Shown here in pieces: positions 39,601 to 48,900 of a DNA stretch of 64,000 nucleotides (positions within the stretch are counted from its first letter, which is position 1; each line of letters opens with the position of its first letter). The notes beneath the pieces are model-generated. The model did not search any database and was not told where the DNA came from. It was given only the letters and a program-made list of their open reading frames with translations. The stretch is from Antedon mediterranea. Taxonomy: Eukaryota; Animalia; Echinodermata. Made by a program: the position numbers and the translations under genes. The stretch covers positions 22,089,365 through 22,153,364 of the forward strand of contig NC_092678.1 of NCBI RefSeq assembly GCF_964355755.1. The letters run 5' to 3'.

Positions 39601-42600
39601 AGTTCCTTGCAATGCGCAGATACCTAACTCAGAGTGTGTAATGCAAAACGAAGAATGCCGAAAAACTCGAAATCAGTTAATTGATAAATTGATGGGTAAA
39701 GAGTCTGAACTCGCGTCACTAATTCACCAGTTTGAAAATGCAGGTAAACGGGCATCTGTTGCAAGAGCAATGTTGAATGAAGCACAAATCGAACTTGACG
39801 ATGCACTGAACAAGCAAAAAGAACTATCATACCAGGTGATTACATTAAAGAAGATTCTTCAAAATGCCCAAGATGCATTTAACAAAATAAGTTCAGATGT
39901 TAAAACAGGACTGAAAATAAAAGAACACCAAATTAACGGATCAATTGAAGAAAGTTTAAAGATAAAAGAACTGCAACTTAACATCGAACTAGTTGGAGAA
40001 GACACTTTCGTGATTCCAATAGTTTGTTATATGACACTGTTATCTACACCTGTTAATGTTCAAATAATTATTGATAAAAACAATTTAGAAAACACAATTG
40101 AAAATGCTGCATTCTTTATAACGGAAGAACTTTTTGGTAATTTAAACAATATTAGAAGACGAAGAGATACAAGACATGTTGAACTTCAGACGAAACGTGA
40201 CACGGAAGCGATAATTGTACAACCACCACTTAAACTGGTGAGATATGAGGTGGTAAACAAGTCATTGGATCTTAACATTACCAGTAGCCTTATAAGAGAT
40301 CCAAATGTCGTTCAAAATGAAGAGAGATGCGCAGACTATGAAAACATACTGAGTTTTGTTGAGTATTCATTTCTGACACTGTTAGAGATTGTAAATAGTA
40401 GCGAACCTGCAAACACATTAGAAAATGAGAAGAAGTTCCAAAATGATTACTTGTACAATCTATCGGTATCAACGCCACCAATTGATGTTAACAGCGCCGC
40501 ATTGCTGTACTTCAACCTAACTACAATTGACACTATTGCATATCAAGTTGATACAGTTGAAAGAGATGCTTTGACAAAAATGATAAATTCTGCAAAAGTG
40601 AAATCAAAGAACACGAAACTATTACTTGAGATCGATGCACTGAATCAATGGGAAATTGAAATGGACACCTATACACAGCATTGCAGTGGTTTGGTTAACT
40701 GCCAGGGATTTTTCGACTGTCTAACAACTGAAATGGTTGCTTTGAAATATCTAGCTGAAGGACGACGGTCTTATGAAGACATTGTCTCACTTGATGAATA
40801 TGTATCAACATTCATAGATAGAAATACAAATTCCAATGAGACGGAAACAATAGCCACTAATGTACTATCTCAAGTTAGCTTTCTTAAAAAGAACAATGAT
40901 GTTTGTTTAGAAGAGCCAATCATTACTAAACATCCTGAACCAAAGATTATAACAGTCAAAGGTGAAGATGTTACTCTGACATGTCAGGCGACCGGGAACC
41001 CTTCACCAACGTTTACATGGGAACGTAATGGTCAAATATTGAGCGGGAAGAATTTGAATTATTTACTTTTAAAAACTGTGAAAGTCTCTGATTCTGGTCG
41101 GTACACCTGTCATGCTCATAATGCAGTGACGTCAATTTCATCTTTACAGTGTGACGTCTCAGTTGAATTTGCGCCACGGATCACAGAGTATCCTCAAAGT
41201 GAAGATATTGAATACGGTAATATTGAAGGCGCGTATTTCACTTGTCAAGCTTCCGCTCTGCCGTTAGCACACTACCAATGGTACTTTCAGGGGTTGTATT
41301 CGTTAGAGAGGAAACTCATCCCAGGACAGAACGGCTCAAGTATTGAGATATTAAGCCCAGATTTTAACCAAGATGGATGGTATACGTGTGAGGCATGGAA
41401 CAAACATGGAGGACAGATATCAAATACTGCTAGACTTCATGTTCTTGATATATCGATGCCAGAGTTTTCCGGTGACGTAACAATCAGGTTTTATCGAGTA
41501 CCTAATTTCAAATCAACAAATGTGTCTTTGGAAGATGTTATTGCAAGGGTTGTTAGTAACACTGACCCAGAAGTTGAACTTCTTAACTATCAAGAGTTCA
41601 ATATGAAAGATAAATCATTTATCAAACAGATATCATTCGAAATTAAAAGTACCAATGCGACCTCCATTGATATTCTAAAAGCAAGTCGAAATGAATCAGC
41701 GTATCAGGTGAAAGACAAGATTGAAACTGTTGTTGCTAAAGTTACCGAACTCAAAGGTTTGCTGACGCTGGGTGAACATTATGAATATCGAGGTGAATTG
41801 CTGGAAGTGATAGGGTTCAATTCTGAATGGAATGGCCCAATATGTCCCAACACTCAATATGCACATAAAGATGGATACGTTTGTGGTGAGTTTAATTAGT
41901 ATGATTTCACGGGAATTGGATATGTGGCTGCACGGCTGCGATAGTCTGTTGTATGGTTAGCGTACACAGTATAAGGTTCCCTTTCCTAATTATTGCCGTA
42001 ATTGTTTAATTGATATAACATTCCTATAGTCATACTGTTTAAACATTTGCGGCAACACAACTTTTTAAGCCTGTTTTCCTGTCGACGTTATTCGACACTA
42101 TCGTCGTTGATCGTTAACACAGTTCAACGACGACCGTTTGAAAACAATCAAGTTAAAATGATAACCATAGCGAGTACCTTTTCCTGTAAATCGTTAACAT
42201 TTCAATGTTTACGTAGAAGATCGCCGATTATTGTTAACGATAGCGTCGAATAACGTCGACAGGAAAACAGGCTTTAAACTCTCTTTCGGTCTGGTATACC
42301 ACGTAAAATAATTAGTAAAAGTGAAATATGTTATGCTTTTGATTTGTTTTAAACAATTTTTGAAAAATACAAACAATGTTGTTTTCAGTGAATTGTCCTC
42401 CTGGTTCATATCGTGGTAATGATAGCCTACCCGCAGTGTGTCTGAAATGTCCGACAGGGTTTTACCAGCCCAATGAAGGACAAACGACATGTATGGAATG
42501 CCATGGCTATACCAATGCTGATGTAGGAGGAAGAGCATGCACTCAATATCCTAGTATGTAACTATTATTGTACTATAAAAAAAAACATAAAAACAATATT

Positions 42601-43651
42601 AATATTGGAGTGGAGCTGTAGCTTGGTGGTTAACGTGCTTGCCTTCCAATCCCAAGGTCCCGGGTTCAATCCTGACCTAGTGCAGGGTTGTAACTCATGA
42701 CTCTTTCAACTCCACTCCCTAAGCCTCAAATGAGACTTAGTTTATAAGCACGATAAATTATTAAATAGTTTATCCATCCTGTAATTGGCGAGTTACTCGC
42801 TGTTGGATGAGTATGAATAAAAAAAAAAAAAAATAAAAAAAAATTATTATTTGTTTTATATAATAACATGTGAAGAAACCAAAACAAGAGTATCTGAGTT
42901 TATGCCTGGTTTTGTATTCTTTTACTAACTTATTCTCATTTTGTTTTCTTACAAAAGCTTATCCATGTTCTCCGTGCGAGAAGGAAAAGGTAGGCTTAAA
43001 TATATACATGTATATATGTTTTTTAAATGCATATTGAAGTGGCTAACATCAGTGATTGGGTGAAAGAAAACATTCAGAAAGAAATTATTCATTCATCGTA
43101 TTTAAATAAAATCCAATCAGGATTGCTTTAGCCAGGTGGCACTCACTTTGTACTACAATATGTATTTGATTAGTATACCTGTTTGAAGGTTTGCATGGCG
43201 AAATCAAATGTTGATATAAAGTTTACGGTACACCACGTGAGGACGATCAAAGCATATTGATCGAAACGTCGAGAAACTCAACAGTTCTTTTCAGAACTAA
43301 CGTGGTGTATCGTAAACTTTATATCAATATACATGTTTGAATATAGTTTTCCGGAGTATTTTGATTGTTGAGATTGTTCTTACCGAAAAAACTTTTTAAC
43401 GTTTTCTATTCGAATGATTTTCTGTTAAGCATAGTCCGTTTACAATTTACCGTTCGAATACAAAAAGTACTCAACGAATCTTTATGTTGACTATACGAAA
43501 GTTCCCAATCGAATACGATAAATGTGTGATTTGCATTTTCTTTTATTCGTAGGGTACGAGTTATATACCATACGCTGTTGGAGCTGGCGGAGGTTTTGTT
43601 TGTTTTCTGTTTGTCGTCACTGTTAGCAGATCTTTAGTTAAATATAATTAA
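27634..43651 (+). CDS. Uncharacterised ~2,630-aa single-pass membrane protein: SP-EMI-EGF/cbEGF/sushi array-unassigned coiled-coil/Cys-ladder region-furin site-2xIg-SEA-like-ephrin-receptor-like Cys repeats-TM
   Basis: 24 GT-AG exons: 27634-27704, 28133-28258, 29330-29439, 29799-29900, 30568-30684, 30979-31095, 31588-31683, 31958-32071, 32257-32367, 32486-32608, 32912-33085, 33775-33888, 34006-34128, 34273-34395, 34575-34697, 34889-35011, 35614-35736, 35861-36040, 36183-37438, 37582-37732, 37863-41885, 42389-42553, 42958-42989, 43553-43651. Phases chain consistently and total 7,896 nt including the stop (2,631 aa). Signal peptide [18 protein letters not shown]; C-terminal [22 protein letters not shown]. 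Confidence 0.85.
28133..29439 (+). CDS. EMI domain exons (exons 2-3 of the large gene; not in ORF track)
   Basis: [41 protein letters not shown]|[38 protein letters not shown] shows the PNVC...C...C..Y...CC.GW EMI signature. Confidence 0.85.
28297..29080 (+). mobile_element. Deu-type SINE fragment split by a TTAA-targeting (Kolobok-like) MITE at 28337-29050
   Basis: CCGTAGGTCCAGTGTACACATCTAGCTCATGTGCAC-TTAA-AGATGTATTGTCC ... GGACAATACATCT-TTAA-AAGAACCTAGTACAGCTTTCG. The two halves rejoin into the SINE seen uninterrupted at 50398-50567. Confidence 0.8.
29799..36040 (+). CDS. Array of phase-1 EGF, calcium-binding EGF and sushi exons (exons 4-18 of the large gene)
   Basis: Repeated D(I/V)(D/N)EC...GC...C.N..GSF.C.C..G exons of 96-123 nt. 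Sushi exons at 32912-33085 and 35861-36040. Confidence 0.9.
30031..30530. mobile_element. Nest of three MITE family B copies (TIR ~AGCTTGGTTCCCACTAGAACG)
   Basis: The outer copy is split at a TTA within its own left TIR. Inner copies at 30046-30252 and 30256-30434 are bounded by TTA/TAA/TTA. Confidence 0.75.
31759..31906 (-). mobile_element. 5'-truncated RTE LINE with 11-bp TSD
   Basis: CCGTTTGATAC occurs at 31748-31758 and 31907-31917. The reverse complement encodes, with frameshifts, [11 protein letters not shown]...[16 protein letters not shown] and ends in (TAAG)n. Confidence 0.85.
33311..33455. mobile_element. MITE family B copy
   Basis: TAA-TGCTTAGTTCCCATCAGA ... TCTAGTGGTAACCAAGTT-TTA, with internal TTGACCAATCACAAGC / GCTTGTCATTGGTCAA. 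Confidence 0.7.
35346..35467 (-). mobile_element. HINE/DINE-1-like non-autonomous Helentron derivative
   Basis: Reverse complement reads TTTTGTCGCGTGCAAACGCGACTCTACAGCTCACTAT(GTCG/GTTG)n...GCGACTGCAGCCATGTATATGGCCTTGTT. It has a subterminal IR, a tetranucleotide microsatellite, a 3' hairpin and T-rich flanks. Confidence 0.65.
36183..37438 (+). CDS. Exon 19 of the large gene: EGF followed by an unassigned beta-rich region
   Basis: 434-aa ORF; [12 protein letters not shown]...[18 protein letters not shown]; AG acceptor at 36181-82 and GT donor at 37439. Confidence 0.88.
37863..41885 (+). CDS. Exon 21 (4,023 nt) of the large gene: coiled-coil/Cys ladder, furin site, two Ig domains, SEA-like region
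   Basis: 1332-aa ORF. Ig motifs [17 protein letters not shown]...DSGRYTCHA and [15 protein letters not shown]...DGWYTCEA; RRRR at 40154-40165. Confidence 0.92.
42068..42273. mobile_element. Harbinger-like MITE (family C) with TTA TSD
   Basis: TTA-AGCCTGTTTTCCTGTCGACGTTATTCGAC ... GTCGAATAACGTCGACAGGAAAACAGGCT-TTA; long near-perfect TIR. Confidence 0.88.
42612..42843 (+). mobile_element. tRNA-derived SINE with A-rich tail
   Basis: GGAGCTGTAGCTTGGTGGTTAACGTGCTTGCCTTCCAATCCCAAGGTCCCGGGTTCAATCC (A and B boxes), a non-tRNA body, then AATAAA and poly(A). Confidence 0.8.
43211..43327 (+). mobile_element. Penelope-like element remnant with truncated minimal hammerhead ribozyme and flanking inverted repeat
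   Basis: A 28-bp IR (43211-43238 / 43300-43327) encloses TGAGGA-CGATCAA-AGCATA-TTGATC-GAAACGTC. Confidence 0.65.
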
Positions 43652-44624
43652 TTAATATATAACATGTAACGAATTCAGATACCATATGGGTAGCTATATA
43701 TCCAAGGCGCAGTTAGCTGCTGCTCAGTTTTTGTAGAAGACGCTCGAAGTATCATTGCTGTTATTGCTATTGCAAAAAGTATTAATGCTGGTATGTGCAC
43801 ATTTTTTATTGATCTAAGTGGAGTTATTTTAGAGATTGTCTCTCGAAAAAAACCGATTGAATTGGCATAATAATTGTCAATTCTCTTAGCGCTTATGATA
43901 TCTTATGTGGCGATTATATACGACGCTTTTAATTCTTCGTGGCGCTTGAAATTACCGCGTGATTTTGCAAGTTTTAATCATCATACATATGAAAAGTAAA
44001 ATTTTCAATAGGAAATATATACTTTTTTAGGTGTTTTGATTCCCAAGAATTACAATAAAATAAACACTGATAAATCATCTGATTTATTCTTTTTGTCTTG
44101 TGTGAGTTCATCTCACGTTTATTTAAATTCTTGGTGAATATATTATATACATATAAGTACATTTGTGACAATTAAAAGTAAGTGTTTAAAGTAGTTAAAA
44201 TACAGGTATATTTACATAATAAGATGCTTGAATTCAGTATTAACCATATTTGTTTTCATTAACATTTTAGATACGATGTTAATTAAAATGTCAAAATGAA
44301 AAATGGCGGTAAAATACATGATTAAAATTTTCTTGTTAAACTATCTTATTTGTGATCTTATTTGTGTTCGAGTACAGAGGCTATAAACTCAGGAGAGGAA
44401 AATGTAGTATCCTCCCTTTTCACCAAGATAAAAAGGATGAAATGAAAAAAGAAGGATGCAAAAGTTTGAAAGTTAGATATTTAGAATGATAGCATTCAAT
44501 GATATAATAATGAAAACCGTAAGGTTAGAGTCCATACACTGTGCAAGTCCAAGATGCGATTTTGGCTCTGTGCGTATGTGAGACGCTTCATACCCGATGT
44601 CACCTTGGTACAACTACTACTTAC

Positions 44625-45385
44625 AATTTGTATTTACGATATAAAATATTGCAAATATAGAAAAATATATATATTGGACAAATACAAATACATGCAGATA
44701 ACATTGACATGTACAATATGAATATTACAAATATAGAAAAATATATATATATATTAAAAAATAAATACCAATAATTACAGATTTCATATAAGTTATTAAA
44801 ATTGTCTAAAAACATAATCAATGGTTACATTTAAAATCACTTGAAATAAAAAAGGGCTACACATTTATATTAAAACTTATACAGTATATGTCACACTAAT
44901 ATAAAATACAATTGTAAAACGTAGGGATAGAGATCTCCAGCACATATATATTTTAATTATTCAATAGGTCAAATATCCTGTCTTTACTATTTTTCCATTT
45001 CTGATCAGCAGTATAAAAGTTATACGAATACTCATTATTTATGAGGTTTATAATTTTATTTTTAAATAGCCCCCAAATATTTGCAGATTCTTTTTTTTTC
45101 TGTCGTTTCTAGTTCTTTATATATTATGGAGGATTTATATATACAAAAAGTAAAAACTGAAATTAATTCGTTTACAAGTTTGTTTGTTGTTCCCAAAATT
45201 ACATTAACGCACTTTGGGAAGTCTTGCTGTACTGTAACCTCATTTGGAAGACACTGAACCAGCATATCTTTAAACTTTTTCCAGACTGGTTGAATAGTTT
45301 TACATGCAATTAATAAGTGTTTTTCATTTTCTCTATGATTCTTACACTTATTACAATCATCTGATTTATCATGAAATCAATAGTC
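44625..45385 (-). mobile_element. L1/Tx1-type LINE 3' end (CCHC zinc-finger region and 3' UTR)
   Basis: Reverse complement encodes SDDCNKCKNHRENEKHLLIACKTIQPVWKKF...FCIYKS, the C-x2-C...E...H...C...W zf-RVT motif. Confidence 0.7.
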
Positions 45386-45971
45386 ATTAAATTTGATGAC
45401 ATCATCAATGAGATAAGTTTTACAGCTTACTGTAAAAATGGAGTTTATCAGCAACCAAAGGAAAGAAATATTATGACGTCACATTTTATAAAAAAATAGA
45501 TGGACGTCCGTTTCATTTTTTACACAGTAATATGATTGTATAGTACGAACGAATATTAAATACAGTAGTACGTTATGGCGCGCCATAGTACGTTATATGG
45601 GAACTGAGTATACAAACATTATATATATATTATACAGTAGCAGAGCCGAACCTATTTATTAGTTTACTCTGCTGTTTACGTATTAGGCCTATATTATTTA
45701 TTTATAGCACTTACGACATTGTATTACGCTTTCCTATTGGCTAACATATCGTACCTGATAAGTTACATTTCAAAGTTCAATTTTTATTAGTTCTTTACTA
45801 TAAATCATGTGATGCTGATGGGTGTGCGTAATAGCCCTACCACATGACCGCATATGCATGCTGGCCTAAAAGGATTTTTGATTGCAAGAAATTATTTTAA
45901 AAATCGCATAAATCGCAAAGAAATCACGAATGAACTTTGACATCTAAAGTTTAGAACGTGCTTAACTATTC

Positions 45972-48900
45972 ATGTCATCGGAGGCTAACGAAAAAACACC
46001 GATTCTCGCAGCGGCAGGTAGCGGCGGACAACAACAAAGCAGGTTAGTTTCCGGCTACAAATATGGGCCTAGAAATATGAATCTTGGCGTAAATGTCTAG
46101 TAATATTAGATTATAGGAAAGTCGGGCTTATTATTAGAAGACTATGATTTTGTAGCGCTATGATAACGCTCTCCGAGCCGATTACGCAACCGCAAAATGT
46201 TAGCCTGGCATTGAGTGAGATTGTGTAAGAGGATACCCGAGCACCAAGGGGTGGGCTGTACTGGCCTGCGACGGTACCTGTTCCTTCCTTGCTAGCTAAT
46301 ACTTTTACTGATATCCGGTTCATATATGATTTCCGTTCTATTGTGCAATATCATAGAGGAGGTGTATTACAATTTGAAAATATACTAAGTAAGATTGTCA
46401 ATATTGTACAGGCAACAATAGTAGAGTAGTAGCCTGTCTAGGTTAATTAAGTAATTTATTAAATATTATTAGAGCGCTCCAGAGAGCTAACTAAAATAAG
46501 GTAAGAAAGGTCTGTGTGGGATGCCAATAAAACTTGTGGTCTCCTTTTACTAGTAGGCCTACCGTTAGGCTTGCTTTGGAATGGAATTAAAATATATAGG
46601 TCTACCATATTTTTTACACAAATCATTTTTAATGTATAATTATAAAGTTATCGTATATCATGCATATATTTATAATAAATATTTTTTATTTATCAACAGT
46701 ATGTACTCACAACAACAAGGCTACCCTCAATCTGGGGCATACCCAGGGCAACAGCAGCCAGGTGGCTACCAGCAGCAGGGTGGGGGATACCCTCCACAGC
46801 AGGGTGGTGGCTACCCACCACAGCAGGGCGGCGGCTATCCACCACAGCAAGGCGGTTATCCACCACAGCAAGGCGGTTATCCACCACAACAAGGCGGAGG
46901 GTATCCACCACAACAAGGCGGCTATCCACCACAACCAGCAGCTCAACCCAATGCACCACCAGCTGGGGGTGCAGCGCTGCCTGGTGGTGATGTGGATGAA
47001 CCTACTTACAAAGGGGACATTCCATCTGAAGATGTGGCGGAAAACCAAAACGCACAGGTTTGTATTCTCTAACCAGCCAATCAGGACTCAGTTATGTTTT
47101 CACTAGGAGTATTAAAAGTTGTTAATAGCCAATGTGCTATTTTTAGACACTTACAAGATAACAATTATTTTATTCATTCAACTTGTCATTCTGTAGGCTC
47201 CACAAGCTACAGCGCCACCAGTTGAGAAAATGGATCAAATATCGGGCTACAACACTATGTCACAACCACTTCCTCCACCAACTTATGATGAATCCGTCGC
47301 AAACCAACCTCCACAGAGGCAGGCTGTTTCAACGTATGTTTAATATGTACCTATCATACTTTATTGTACTTCAGATTACCTTGTGTAATTTGCTATAATT
47401 TGTATCTCGTTCCTCTATCTGTGTACTAATCTCCACTACATATTGTAACCACTCTGTTTTTTGCAGAATGCCAAATATCACAGAGGAACAGGCAAGAGAA
47501 GCCCTCTTACAGTTTGTGTCTGAGAACTGCTGCTATGGCAAAAAACCAGCTCAAGAGTTAGTCTTCACTGACATCTCACACTCCAGTGCATTCCATGTAA
47601 GACTCTCAGTTTTTTGTAGGTTTAATTGTGTGATACATGTGGTTATTAAACCCTGGTGCAAAAAAAAAAAATTTTTAAACCTTTGAATTTTTTTTTTCAT
47701 AGTATACTTTAGAAACCTTTACAGAGAACAGAACGACAGACTGGGCTTATGAACCATTCCGAGGTGAGTATATTGAGATGTTATACAACTATAGAGAGTC
47801 AACTCTCCATGGTGGCTCGCTTTTTGAGCTGTGTTTAAGTTTACTATCTAGCTGTAATGTAATACCTCTATGACATTTAAGTATAGATATGGCAATATAA
47901 ATACTAACTACTGTACATTTTGTAAGATCTGACATAGCCATTGTGTTGTGGTCATTTAGGAAAATTATGTAATATATATTTATTTTATTGTACAGACATA
48001 TTATACAGAGAAATGAAAAATTGTATATACAATCAAATATTAAAGTTGCTGTATCTAAGAAAAGCTTTTCATTTAAACTTAAAAGATATATCACATCCAA
48101 GTATTAATTTTTATTATATTACATTTTATGATAATAATTTTAATGATGAGTAACAAGAAGACGAACAATTCTTAATTTATACCAAAATTATTTTTTTTGT
48201 CATTTTACTTATTTAGTTTAACCCATGTTATGTAAATTTTTATATTGTTATTTCTTTATTTTATTTATTTATTTATTTATTTTTTTTTTTTTTTTACGTG
48301 TTGTTTAAATCTAATCTTTGTTTAGGCATGTCTGTCACAAGCTTTTTGCTTTTTTGAACATGCCTTCTTCAATCATATTACCTTTCTTTACACCATTTTG
48401 TAGACTGTTTTATTTTGAAGAAAATAAATGTTACTTTGAATTGAATTGAATTGAATTGTATGCTCATGACTATCATCATGAGGTATTCTTATATGGATTT
48501 ATGAAATGATGATTAGTAGCATGGCTACCATTTCTATAAATAAAAGATTTTTTATTTTGGGAGATGTTTACAAATGTCTTCTTCTAATCTTCAAACATCA
48601 ATTGCTGTTTTGGTTTCTGTGACATAGATACTGTATAATCAAGAGTCTTTATATATCTGTTGAATATTTATTTGGTTTCAATATTTTTTTTTATTTCCTG
48701 TTCCTTTTCATACATACAGAAACATTTTTTTGAGATTGAACAAATAATAATTTTAAGATGTATTGTCCCCAAAAACATGGAAAATGAAGATTATTAAAAT
48801 CAGATTTTGAATAGGCCATTTTGTAGTTTTAACAAAGTTATTCACTAAAATCACAAAAAAATGAAAATAATGTTTTTCACTTGTAAAATCAAAAAATAAA

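Noticed and set aside
38636-40481. Minus-strand ORFs within the 4-kb exon
   Set aside because: Antisense shadows of the real coding frame with no independent motifs.
42612-42685. tRNA gene
   Set aside because: A and B boxes are present but there is no proper acceptor stem; a body and poly(A) follow, so it is a SINE head.
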